A DNA stretch of 34,554 nucleotides from Octopus bimaculoides. Taxonomy: Eukaryota. Within the stretch, counting starts at the first letter, position 1. Every line of letters starts with the position of its first letter. The stretch covers positions 62,367,485-62,402,038 of the forward strand of contig NC_068984.1 of assembly GCF_001194135.2 (NCBI RefSeq). The letters run 5' to 3'. Positions 10,151-21,739 of this stretch are shown here, in pieces. The notes beneath the pieces are model-generated. The model saw nothing but the letters and a program-made list of their open reading frames with translations, was not told where the DNA came from and did no database searches. The translations under genes were made by a program, and so were the position numbers.

Positions 10151-11034
10151 TAGAGACATTTGAGTCCTTAAAAGACAATATTCAACTACTGAGTGCTAAA
10201 TATAGGAAAAGGATCAGGGGCCTACTGAGAAATTTAGTACACTAAACCTCAACATTTAATTGTAATTTTATATTGTAATAATGATAGATATGTTTTCTCT
10301 GAGAAGACAATTCAAATGGTCAAACTTATTGAGTTTCACCATAAAATAAAAAGAAAAATGTATGCAACATATTATTAAAATAGGATTAAAAACAATATCA
10401 ATATCAAATTTCAAATTAAAAATTTTTGACTGTTAAAATTATAAGAATTAAGTCTTGGAAAAGGAGTCATGATTTCCATTTTCCTTTGAGTTCCTATGTA
10501 CTTGAATGCTTTCAAATTCACTTTAAATAACTGCACAAATATTTCGTGTAAAGAAATGCACATTATACTTTATTTCAATTATACATGGCAACACAGCATA
10601 AATTACAGTTCCAAAATGACACGAGGAAGATATCCTGGTCAGAACTAAGAAAAATTTTAACATTATTTCCACACATGGGATAATGCATCTCTATTAATCA
10701 TTTATATTCTCAATCCTACAAAGAAGCCACCACATGGTTTCTCAATCATATAGGCCTTTAATTAAACCTATCAACTTAAACTTTGCAGAAATTATATTAG
10801 GCTTTTAATTAAGAGGACTTTAATTTACACCCTACCAACTTAACTGCTTAGCATTTAAACCAGTCGTATGTGACCTAAATTTTCTACCTGTTTTATGTTC
10901 AAGTTAGCCAAATCTAAACTCTGAACCCTACACTACAATGTCATTCTAAAAATAAACAATCCTATCATCAAATATTGAAGACATGAGATAATCCATGATT
11001 AGTACAACACAATGTGAATAAATAAGCACTACAT

Positions 11035-11403
11035 TTAACAGAGTGGTTGGCACTCCATCGGTTACGACATTGAGGGTTCCAGTTGATCCGATCAATGGAA
11101 AAGTCTGCTTGTGAAATTAACGTGCAAGTGGCTGAGCACTCCACAGACACATGTACCCTTAACGTAGTTCTTGAGAAGATTTAGCGTGACACAGAGTGTG
11201 ACAAGGCTGGCCCTTTCAAATACAGGTACAGCAGAAACAGGAAGAAAGAGTGAGAGAAAGTTGTGGTGGCAGAGCACAGCAGGATTCGCCACCATCCCCT
11301 GCTGGAGCCTCATGGAACTTTAGATGTTTTTGCTCAATAAACACTCACAACGATCCTACGACTGCGAGTCCACTGCCCTAACCACTGAGCCATTGCACCT
11401 CCA
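11035..11403 (-). mobile_element. tRNA-derived SINE (Arg-like head), near full length
   Basis: Minus head GGAGGTGCAATGGCTCAGTGGTTAGGGCAGTGGACTCGCAGTC, with an A box and a TCG anticodon-like loop, followed by a non-coding body. Confidence 0.75.
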
Positions 11404-12251
11404 TACATTTAACAGAATAATCTGGATGCTAAACGGCTAAAATATTTAAGAAATTACATTGGATAATGTAGAAGAGGAAATAAATATAAATACATGGGGA
11501 AATGAAGGGTATGATGCCTTAAATAATAGAGAAGGGTGAAATGGAGTTAAACAACATCAAAATATCTGGTGTCCTAGACACCAGACTAAACCCATTAGTT
11601 TTATCAAGATTAACACAAAAATCTTCAAAATCTAAGCCTCAAATGTAATGTTTATATTTGTATTTGTCCTTTTTACTTCAAGGGCTTTCATCTTAGCAAC
11701 ATAGCTAAATACCAGCAGCAATCAAAAGCAAATCGTTAAAAAATGACTCTAATTTACTTACTGCATGTTAAGCACTTGTTTCATGCACCAAAGTGCTGTG
11801 AAACATTAACCTTACATGTTGATGCTATCTTCTGCTAAATATCACAGTTTTCACATTTTACACTTTACTAATCATACCATCACCCCAAATTTGCAATACC
11901 ACTCTTTTGTAGATGTAAGGATAAAATAATTGTTTTTGCACATGATTAACATATTTTTATTGTTTAGTTTCAATTGGCTGCTAAATGTTTAAGCATATTC
12001 ACTATATTGATTATTGAAAATCAATATTGGTTTTTCTATTGTGCTTTATGAAACATGGCATGTTTAACATAATTTTACAAAAAAATTGCACACTGATACA
12101 CATCAACTGATACATATAATTTCATACACACCTATATACATATACACACAAACATGCACACACAAGTGTGAGTGGGTTTGTGTGCATATATCTGGGGTGA
12201 GAGATATAATATTTCAAATCCTGTTAGTGTCTATAACCATGAAAGAACTGT

Positions 12252-12390
<139 letters not shown>

Positions 12391-12710
12391 ATCATCATCA
12401 TCATCATCATCGTTTAACGTCCGCTTTCCATGCTAGCATGGGTTGGACGATTTGACTGAGGACTGGTGCAACCGGATGGCTACACCAGGCTCCAATCTAA
12501 TTTGGCAGAGTTTCTACAGCTGGATGCCCTTCCTAACGCCAACCACTCAGAGAGTGTAGTGGGTGCTTTTACGTGTCACCCGCACGAAAACGGCCACGCT
12601 CGAAATGGTGTCTTTTATGTGCCACCCGCACAAGCCAGTCCAGGGGCACTGGCAACGATCTCGCTCGAAAATCCTACGGGAGCCAGTCAGGTGGTACTGG
12701 CAACGGCCAC
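12391..12710 (-). mobile_element. SINE or non-autonomous retroelement with a (GAT)n 3' tail and internal tandem subrepeats
   Basis: Near-identical to 26905-27115 (opposite strand) and 34426-34554. Minus 3' end reads GCATGGAAAGCGGACGTTAAACGATGATGATG. Confidence 0.85.
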
Positions 12711-13097
12711 TTGTAAACCCATACATGCACATACACATGCAAACACTCACCAACTCAAACATAAATACACATAAACATACATATTCCAAACACAAATACA
12801 CGGATGATATCATTTTAAAGTCTACTTTTTCCATAATACCACTGGCTGCATTACGATTCTGAAGAAGTACTAAATGGCAGAGTGCTCTTCCTGAAACCTA
12901 CTCTAATTACTTTTAAAAATCAGTACATTTTCACCTGATTTCAATGTTGAACTGCCAAGCTGCTGGGTATAATGTTTGTGCAGGATATAAACAAACCTGC
13001 AAAGTTACCCAAAAGGTGTCAATGCTACCTTACATACTTATACCCACACTACACATTTATCTATCTATCTACCTATCTATCTATCTAACTATATATA

Positions 13098-13409
13098 TGC
13101 GGTCAGAGCGACGAAACCGTTCTGCACGCACTCGTGCAGTGTCCAGATATTTCAGAGCTGTGGACCTTCGTCGAACGGCTGTTGTCGCGTGTGGGACGAG
13201 CCCACTTATCAGCCGAGTCTATCGTGAATATTGTTCCGCCACCTTCCTTTAAACGGGAAGGAAAAACGGTTTTTGTAACACTGATAGCTATGGCAAAAGA
13301 ATGCGTGTGGTGGACGCGTTTGAAAGGTCTACAAACAAACACTTTCCTCTCTGGTCAGTCCCTCGTCAACTTTTTCAAGTACCACTTGAAAAGGAGGTTG
13401 AGGATAGAG
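13098..13409 (+). mobile_element. L1/Tx1-clade LINE ORF2 C-terminal fragment (zinc knuckle), 5'-truncated, running into an assembly gap
   Basis: Open frame CGQSDETVLHALVQCPDISELWTFVERLL...IAMAKECVWWTRLK. C..ET..H....C and the downstream W motifs are typical of L1/Tx1. Confidence 0.8.
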
Positions 13410-13897
13410 NNNNNNNNNNNNNNNNNNNNNNNNNNNNNNNNNNNNNNNNNNNNNNNNNNNNNNNNNNNNNNNNNNNNNNNNNNNNNNNNNNNNNNNNNNN
13501 NNNNNNNNNNNNNNNNNNNNNNNNNNNNNNNNNNNNNNNNNNNNNNNNNNNNNNNNNNNNNNNNNNNNNNNNNNNNNNNNNNNNNNNNNNNNNNNNNNNN
13601 NNNNNNNNNNNNNNNNNNNNNNNNNNNNNNNNNNNNNNNNNNNNNNNNNNNNNNNNNNNNNNNNNNNNNNNNNNNNNNNNNNNNNNNNNNNNNNNNNNNN
13701 NNNNNNNNNNNNNNNNNNNNNNNNNNNNNNNNNNNNNNNNNNNNNNNNNNNNNNNNNNNNNNNNNNNNNNNNNNNNNNNNNNNNNNNNNNNNNNNNNNNN
13801 NNNNNNNNNNNNNNNNNNNNNNNNNNNNNNNNNNNNNNNNNNNNNNNNNNNNNNNNNNNNNNNNNNNNNNNNNNNNNNNNNNNNNNNNNNNNNNNNN

Positions 13898-13932
<35 letters not shown>

Positions 13933-13966
13933 GAAGGTTTGAAAATGCAATTTTAAAGATGTTTAT

Positions 13967-14012
13967 TCACTTGACCAGTTTCACTTTTTTAGAAAAAGAT
14001 TGTCAAAAGTAA
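13967..14012 (-). ncRNA. Minimal type-I hammerhead motif, U3-A8 core variant
   Basis: Minus strand UUACUU-UUGACAA-uCUUUUU-cua-AAAAAGu-GAAAC-UG-GUC-AAGUGA. Stem I has 6 bp and the triplet is GUC. AAUAAA follows immediately and (TA)n lies about 40 nt further on. Confidence 0.65.
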
Positions 14013-14209
14013 GATGTAAAGCTTTGTTGTGTTAGGTTCTGGTTGTCACAAAAGTATTAAAACACATATATACATTCTTTGATAATAATAACATGTTAAA
14101 AACGGTTTAAGTATTAAGGTACATATATACATTCTTTGATAATAATAGTAAGAATATGTTTAAAAGAGTTTAAAAGAGAGTATTCAACAAAAAGTGTTTG
14201 ATAGTATAT

Positions 14210-14373
14210 ATTTATATATATATATAAATAAGGATAAGATCGGTATTTAAAATATCGATCTTATCAAGTGGTCAGCATGGGAATAAAAACCATCAAAGGT
14301 AATAATTATTTAAAATTATAATACAGGGTATCAAGAGATACCACCACGCTTAAAAAATAGCAGTCAAATCCTG

Positions 14374-14408
<35 letters not shown>

Positions 14409-14872
14409 GAAGGAAATATATTTAAGANNNNNNNNNNNNNNNNNNNNNNNNNNNNNNNNNNNNNNNNNNNNNNNNNNNNNNNNNNNNNNNNNNNNNNNNN
14501 NNNNNNNNNNNNNNNNNNNNNNNNNNNNNNNNNNNNNNNNNNNNNNNNNNNNNNNNNNNNNNNNNNNNNNNNNNNNNNNNNNNNNNNNNNNNNNNNNNNN
14601 NNNNNNNNNNNNNNNNNNNNNNNNNNNNNNNNNNNNNNNNNNNNNNNNNNNNNNNNNNNNNNNNNNNNNNNNNNNNNNNNNNNNNNNNNNNNNNNNNNNN
14701 NNNNNNNNNNTTATATATATATATAAATAAGGATAAGATCGGTATTTAAAATATCGATCTTATCAAGTGGTCAGCATGGGAATAAAAACCATCAAAGGTA
14801 ATAATTATTTAAAATTATAATACAGGGTATCAAGAGATACCACCACGCTTAAAAAATAGCAGTCAAATCCTG

Positions 14873-14907
<35 letters not shown>

Positions 14908-14925
14908 GAAGGAAATATATTTAAG
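14210..14925. repeat. Identical ~215-bp duplication on both sides of an N gap (14210-14427 and 14711-14925)
   Basis: The sequence from TATATAAATAAGGATAAGATCGG to GAAATATATTTAAGA is repeated exactly. Probably a contig-overlap artefact. Confidence 0.85.
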
Positions 14926-15197
14926 AATTTACAATATTGGAGAGGAACTGACCCATCTTTTTAATATGTTTTCTCTCTTGTGTGTAGCTAGGGAACGTTT
15001 GCTATTTTAAGGGACAGTGTGGGAGGCTGGTTGAGGTGGGGGAAGTAAGAGCAATGTAGAATTAAAAGGATTTTTTTTGTTTCTGGGCTAGTCTGTCATG
15101 GTTTAGTGGTTTTGGGGACTGGTTTTAGAGGTCTGAATGTCTCTGTGCATGTCTCTATGTGTGTGTGTGTGTGTGTGCGTTTTATATTTGGTAGGAT

Positions 15198-15783
15198 GGT
15201 GTACGTATATGTGTGCACGTTTGTGTGTGTGTGTGATTAATATTTGTTAAGGGGCTGTGTGCGCAAGTGTGTGTATGTGTTTGTTTGCGTGTGTGTATGT
15301 GGGTGTCTGTGGGTGCGTGTGTATGTATGTTTGTGTGTTTTGTGTTGGTGGGGATGTTATGTGTGTACGTGAGAGTTGTGTGTGTCTCTGTCTGAGTATG
15401 TATGTGTTGTTTTAATTGTCCTTGTGGTGTGTGTGTGAGCAACCGTATGTATGTGTGAGGGTGCATATGTATGTGTGCATATGTATGTGTGCATATGTAT
15501 ATGTGCTTCTGTATGTGTGTGCACACACAGACGTACACATACATACGGTTGCTCATACACACACAACAAGGACAATTAAAACAACACATACATACTCAGG
15601 CAGAGACACACACACTCTCACGTACACACACATAACATCCCCACCAACACAAAACACACAAACATACACACACGCACCCACAGACACGCACACATGCACA
15701 CACGCGAACAAACATACACACACATGTGCACACACAACACCCTAACAAATATTAAAACATACACAAACCCATATATGCACGCC
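15198..15783. repeat. Long imperfect inverted repeat (fold-back); arms 15198-15456 and 15535-15783
   Basis: Non-microsatellite anchors match in inverted order: GAGCAACCGTATGTATGTGT/ACACATACATACGGTTGCTC, TTTTAATTGTCCTTGT/ACAAGGACAATTAAAA, TGTTGGTGGGGATGTTATG/CATAACATCCCCACCAACA, TTAATATTTGTTA/TAACAAATATTAA. Confidence 0.9.
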
Positions 15784-16625
15784 ACAATAAACTCTGGGAC
15801 CAATCAAAAATGGCCCACACACACAGACACAAACACATGTATATATACACACACACACACACATAGAGACGTGCACAGAGACATTCTGACAACATACATA
15901 CATACATGTGTGTAGCATAAGACAGGAGACAGCTGAACAAAGTAAGTAAGCTATCATTGGACAAAATAATTACAGAAGCAATACAAATAATTACAGAGGC
16001 ATCAAGCTGTTAGATCAGGTTATGAAAGNNNNNNNNNNNNNNNNNNNNNNNNNNNNNNNNNNNNNNNNNNNNNNNNNNNNNNNNNNNNNNNNNNNNNNNN
16101 NNNNNNNNNNNNNNNNNNNNNNNNNNNNATGGCGATAGTAGTTTTGTATCTAATGGCGGGAGGTAGTTTCACTACATACTCAATGAACAATCCAAGGGTA
16201 TTTTCATCATCCAGCAACTCTACATATATATGCAGCTGAACCAATAAGCATTTTCATTATAATAGCCGTACATCATCATTAGAGCCATGATTGGACATCC
16301 CTGACGATGTCTTCTCCACAATTCTTGATTTTCCATTATTCTTGGCAGCTGTTCCTTACTGAGATTTCTATCACCTGAAAGTTGATTGATCAATGTTCAA
16401 GCCAGTGAGTAAGGTTCCCACAATTGCAACTTGTGTATGTATGACTTCTTGCTCATGCTTCCAGCAATTTCCTGACAAGGAAAAGTTCAAACAATCAAAT
16501 AAGTGCATGGATAAAACTATTATCTATCTATTAGTCTATCTTCTTGTCATTTCACATCCCTAGCCTCTTCTCTTATCAGCTATATTTGTGTAATTGATAG
16601 CATTATGTTAATAAATTATATTAAT

Positions 16626-16788
16626 AGGCGTAGGAGTGGCTGTGTGGTAAGTAGCTTGCTTACGAACCACATGGTTCCGGGTTCAGTACCACTGTGTGGC
16701 ACCTTGGGCAAGTGTCTTCTACTATAGCCTTGGGCCGACAAAAGGCTTGTGAGTGGATTTTGTAGACGGAAACTGAAAGAAGCCCGTC

Positions 16789-16830
<42 letters not shown>

Positions 16831-17050
16831 ATATGTTTGTGTGTCTGTGTTTGTCCCCCCAACATCGCTTGACAACCGATGATGGTGGTGTGTTTACGTC
16901 CCCGTAACTTAGTGGTTTGGCAAAAGAGACCGATAGAATAAGTACTAGGCTTACAAAGAATAAGTCCTGGGGTCGATTTGCTTGACTAAAGGCGGTGATC
17001 CAGCATGGCCACAGTCAAATGACTGAAACAAGTAAAAGAGTAAAATAGTG
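16626..17050 (+). mobile_element. Full-length tRNA-derived SINE with an internal (TA)/(TG) microsatellite
   Basis: A box TGGCTGTGTGG, B box GGTTCAGTACC, body CCTTGGGCAAGTGTCTTCTACTATAGCC, tail GCATGGCCACAGTCAAATGACTGAAACAAGTAAAAGAGTAAAA. Confidence 0.88.
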
Positions 17051-17279
17051 AAAGAGAGTAATGAGTAAATCATATATTGATATATCAATTTGCTCCAAAG
17101 TATACCAACCTTCAGACCTGAAACAATGAAGGGGCCACATAAATTATTACAATTTAGTGTGTGTGTGTGCATGCGTGTGCGTTTGTGTTTGTGTGTGTGT
17201 GTGTGCGCGTGCATGTGTGTGCGCGTGTGCGCGCGTGCATGTGTGTGTGTTTGTGTGTGTGTGTTTTAGTGAGTATGAC

Positions 17280-17425
17280 AGATGTGACAGGCTTCTTTAA
17301 GTTTTTGCCTACTAACTCCATAGCTATAGTAGAAAACATTTGCCTACGGTGCCATGCAGTAGGACTGATATCAAGATCACATGGTTGGAAAACAAGCCTC
17401 TTAACCACATAGTCACACCTGTACC
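17280..17425 (-). mobile_element. Decayed 5' half of the same SINE family, inverted
   Basis: Reverse complement reads TAGGTACAGGTGTGACTATGTGGTTAAGAGGCTTG...TTTCTACTATAGC...AAAGAAGCCTGTC. Confidence 0.75.
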
Positions 17426-17869
17426 TAATCACTATTACAATAAATATCATGATAAACTAGTAATGATGCAAATTCAAGAGATAATGGTATGCAAGTGTCA
17501 GTTTGTTCTTAATAGTTGTATTTTTGTTCTTTAGGGTTGCCTCAATAAATGATTTTGCATATAATGCTGAATACACACCCACCATTAAGGAGAGAATATC
17601 CCAATTTGAGAATTGCAATAAATTGTGTTTGAGCCAATCAAATGTGGCATTCAGATTTCAGCAGAATATATATTATTTTGTTTATTGGTACAAAAGCTAA
17701 GAACTTTAATTTTCTCTATACATGAGCATATGGTATAATATATAAGATATAATATATAAAAATGGAATATATTATATGTAATATGTCACTTATGTCATAT
17801 GCGCAAAAGTGTAGATGCCCATATCCTGATTTATATGCATACATATATATATATATATATATACACCTA

Positions 17870-18012
17870 TGTGTGTGTGTGTGCATGAATAGATAGATAG
17901 ATAGATAAGATAGATAGAGAGAGAGAGAGAGGGAGAGAGCGAGAGAGAGAGAGAGCGATAGATAGATAGAGAGAGAGAGAGGGAGAGAGATAAGATAGAT
18001 AGATAGATAGAG

Positions 18013-18064
<52 letters not shown>

Positions 18065-18110
18065 GATGGAAGGATGGATGAAGGGACAAGTATACAGACA
18101 AACAGACATC
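17870..18110. repeat. Compound (GT)/(GATA)/(GA) microsatellite
   Basis: Direct reading of the tandem units. Confidence 0.95.
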
Positions 18111-19534
18111 TTTCAACAAAACTAACTAACATTCAGTTCTGTCAAGGATTTCAGGTAAATATATTAGATACTTTCAAATATACAATTACAGACAATTCTA
18201 ATTAATTTTGTCAAAGTCTTTGTGGGAAGTAAATATAAATAACATACTTCTTTTTGTTAATCAGAATCATTTGTAAAACTTCTTTAGATCATTGAAAATC
18301 AAAAGTTTTAAGTTTGGCACCTTTTAGTACAAAACAATTTTTAGAGTGGGTGAAGATGTTATTTTCATCCAAATGTTTAATAGTTTTTTTTAGCAAAAAG
18401 ATATCTCCTAAAACAGGATGGTGAGGTATATGTGACAGATGTTTCAATTACTTGCCTGATTTGTTTAGTGAATCAGTGTAATGTGAGTTTCTTTTTGCAG
18501 AGATGATAACTCCATGGCATCCATAAATGTTTGAAAGATAAGCTTCAGTGAATTTGCAAGGATGTCCTTCACATTATTTTAGGAAATGACCAAAAAATAA
18601 AGCATCACTTACTGGTACTAAATTTGTATTTATGCACACTATTGATTCTTTTCAATTACATTTATCTGAGAGGGCCATTAATGTTGCAACATACCAAGTA
18701 GATGAAAAATCTCTGGACAGCTGATTTGTTTATTAAAGTTTTTGTTGGAGACAATTTATGCATTGTTTCCTGAAATATTCTGTCATGGAGAGTATATTAG
18801 CATACAATCTATATCATTGTAGTTGTCCAATTTTAGAATTTAAAGATAAAATCTCGAGTGAATAACGAGAGAAAACTTCAGAATCAGAATTTTTGCCCTT
18901 TAGCTAGCTACAGCATTTCTTTTCATTTTGTGATCACAACCATTTGATGTAACACTTACGATTACCTTCGTTGCTCCTTATCCTTTTTGCATCCAAGTAG
19001 GTTTTAGAAGTTGAGTGTAGTTTGCTGCTATAGTTGGAAGTCTCAGTGACAATCAGTAACGAATTATGAATTTCCACAATAAACCACTGGAAGTAGATAT
19101 ATTTTCATATGTGGCATCATGCCAATTGATTATGGCTAAAATGATGAACTAAGTTTTTACCTACCAAAGTAATATATATATAAGCTGTAAATTCATCATA
19201 CCATATATATTTACCCATTATATGTTATATCATAATGTACGTTTATATATCGTAATGTTTTAACTTAAATTGTTATATTTTTATACAATTTGGAAATTAT
19301 GCATGTTTATAAATATGTTTAAATAAATATTTTGAACATTCATGATATTTCTAAAGTTTATATCGTTGTATTTGCCTATCTTTTTACCGCACCTTTTAGA
19401 CACTTTAGAGACTGAAAACTATAAATTTATTTATTGATTCTTGAAGGAATTGAACACACATATTATATCTTGCGTTGGACATATGGTATTGTTCCTGTGG
19501 TTTTCCACCCTTATGTATCTATTTTTACTATAAG

Positions 19535-19565
<31 letters not shown>

Positions 19566-20254
19566 TATATAGATCTTTTNNNNNNNNNNNNNNNNNNNNN
19601 NNNNNNNNNNNNNNNNNNNNNNNNNNNNNNNNNNNNNNNNNNNNNNNNNNNNNNNNNNNNNNNNNNNNNNNNNNNNNNNNNNNNNNNNTATATATGTATG
19701 ACTGGGGAATTCTAAGATTTTTCAATTCTATTTCATGATTTCAGCATTGCTGTTTCATTAAGTTGTTTCCCAAAATCCCAAAGAATATTTTTCTTCCTGG
19801 TGTTGTATTTATTACTTGACCACCTAACTCTGACCCCTCTCTTTCTCTGCTTCACTCTCTCTCTCGGCTTCACTCTCTCTGTCTCTCTGAGTTAACACTT
19901 GCTTGACCAACACTTCCCCCCCTCTCCCACCATCCCCATCCTATATAAACCAGTGCATGCTCTGTTTCACCTACTCGATTTTCAATTCCTCTGCTGATAG
20001 AATACGAATTTCAGAAGATGCTGAGATAAGAAATTATATCTTTTCAACCTCATTCATGTGCTCTTGTTTCTGCATAGATCATAAGCCCCCACCCCATTTG
20101 TTCTTTATTATCTATCTATTTCTTTACTATGTAAACGTAGTTCCCATAACTTCGTCTTCCTTGTTTGTCTTAAGTTCATACATATCACATTTTATTTATT
20201 CTATTGAAGTTTATCATTTTGTTAATTCATTCTCTCTAAATTTGTCTGACCATA

Positions 20255-21655
20255 GAATACAAGTACAGAAGATGCTCTCGTCCAAACTTTCTGGCTCACG
20301 GTATGCCTGCCACCTGTACCGGAAGTTCCTATCCTCTGTGAGGCTTGGTTGTCTCCCACGAACACTTCTAAGGGCCTGACGCCATCCCTGCCCCTACCTA
20401 GGGTTTATTGATCATATAGCGCATAAAAATGGTGTAGTGTATGTAGGTTGTAGGCTATTATTTGTTTATGAATTCTGCTAAATGCAAGCTTTCTTTTCAA
20501 GTACATGACACTGCTGTCCCTCATCCCAGGGTCTCACAGGCCCACACCACCCACACCCTCAGAGTTGGCACACTCAACGTCAGCACACTGAAAGGTAGTT
20601 CTGGTGAGATTGTTGCGATGCTTGAACAGAGACGTATAGATTTGTGCTGCATCCAAGAAGTAAGGTGGAGAGGAGGTTCAGCTAGGTTCCTCACGGGCAA
20701 AGAACACAGGTACAAGATTTTCTGGACAGGGAACAATGATGGAGTCTGGGGCGTGGGTATACTTCTTGTGGAGAAATGGGTGGATAAGGTAATCGAGGTA
20801 GTCAGAGTATGTTACAGAGTACTTAAGATTACATTAGTGCTTCACCATAGGATAGCAACCATTATCTCGGCCTATGCCCCTCAACCGGGGCTAACAGATG
20901 GGCAGAAAGACCGATTTTATGACACCCTATTGCAGACTACCTAGTTGACGAATGACAGGGACCTTCTCTTTGTGGCTGGTGACTTCAAAAGACATGTTGG
21001 ACAATATGCAGGGGGCTTCCATGGTGTACACAGAGGCTATGGCTTTGGTTCCCGCAATGAGGAGGGAGCCAGACTACTGGAGTTCTGCGATGCAAATGAT
21101 CTTATAGTTTTCAATACCAACTTCAGGAAACCCGCCCGTCACCTAGTCACCTACCATTCTGGCAGAGACACTAGTCAAATTGACTACATCCTTGCCAGAA
21201 AAAGGGAAGACAACTGGAGGTTTCTACGGGACAACCAACTGATAGCCACTGACCAGATCTGCAGATCGTGCAAAATCCCCTCTCGACCCAAGGTAACATG
21301 GTGGTGGAACAATGTGATTGACAGGGCTATTAGACAAAAGAAACAGGTATGGAAGGACTGGAAGAATGGAGGTAGCAGGGAATTGTATCAGACTGCCAGA
21401 AGCGAAGCTTGGAGACAGGCTTATTTAGCCAGAGGGGAAGCAGATAAGAAAAAGTTTGCCAATGTTCTGCACCGTGAGGACCAAAGACATAAAGTATTTC
21501 ATGTTGCAAGACAGTGTGTAAGAGAGAGAGAATCGCGATGTCGTAGGAGATAAATGTGTCCGCATGGATGATGGTTCACTTGTACTAACCGAGACTGCAA
21601 TGAGAGAGGTTTGGAGACGCCACTATGAAAGGTTGCTCAGTAAAGAGAATGAAAG
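20255..21655 (+). mobile_element. RTE-clade LINE fragment: AP-endonuclease and linker, 3'-truncated before the RT, internally deleted
   Basis: LRVGTLNVSTL..DLCCIQEVRWRG..GVGIL..ISAYAPQ..*..AGDF..HVG..RNEEGARLLEFC..NTNF..SQIDYIL..KVTWWWN..WRRHYERLL. Confidence 0.93.
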
Positions 21656-21739
21656 TACAGACAGCTCAGTATCAATTGATTTCACCAAAGTGTTTTGGTA
21701 AAAAAAAAGGTGAAATCAATTGATACTGAGATGTCTGTA
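21656..21739. repeat. 31-bp inverted repeat (one mismatch) with a 22-nt loop
   Basis: TACAGACAGCTCAGTATCAATTGATTTCACC (21656-21686) and GGTGAAATCAATTGATACTGAGATGTCTGTA (21709-21739). Confidence 0.95.

Noticed and set aside
11330-11403. tRNA-like heads here and at 6571-6643 and 16630-16700
   Set aside because: They lack a complete cloverleaf or acceptor stem and run into SINE bodies, so they are not called as tRNA genes.
16130-16244. Possible PLE RT remnant (EVVSLHTQ resembling DVVSLYTN)
   Set aside because: A single weak motif next to a gap, followed by a stop.
19985-20045. Possible very decayed PLE hammerhead (CTGCTGATAG...GAAATT) downstream of a TATATAAA
   Set aside because: The core and stems are too degenerate to support a call.
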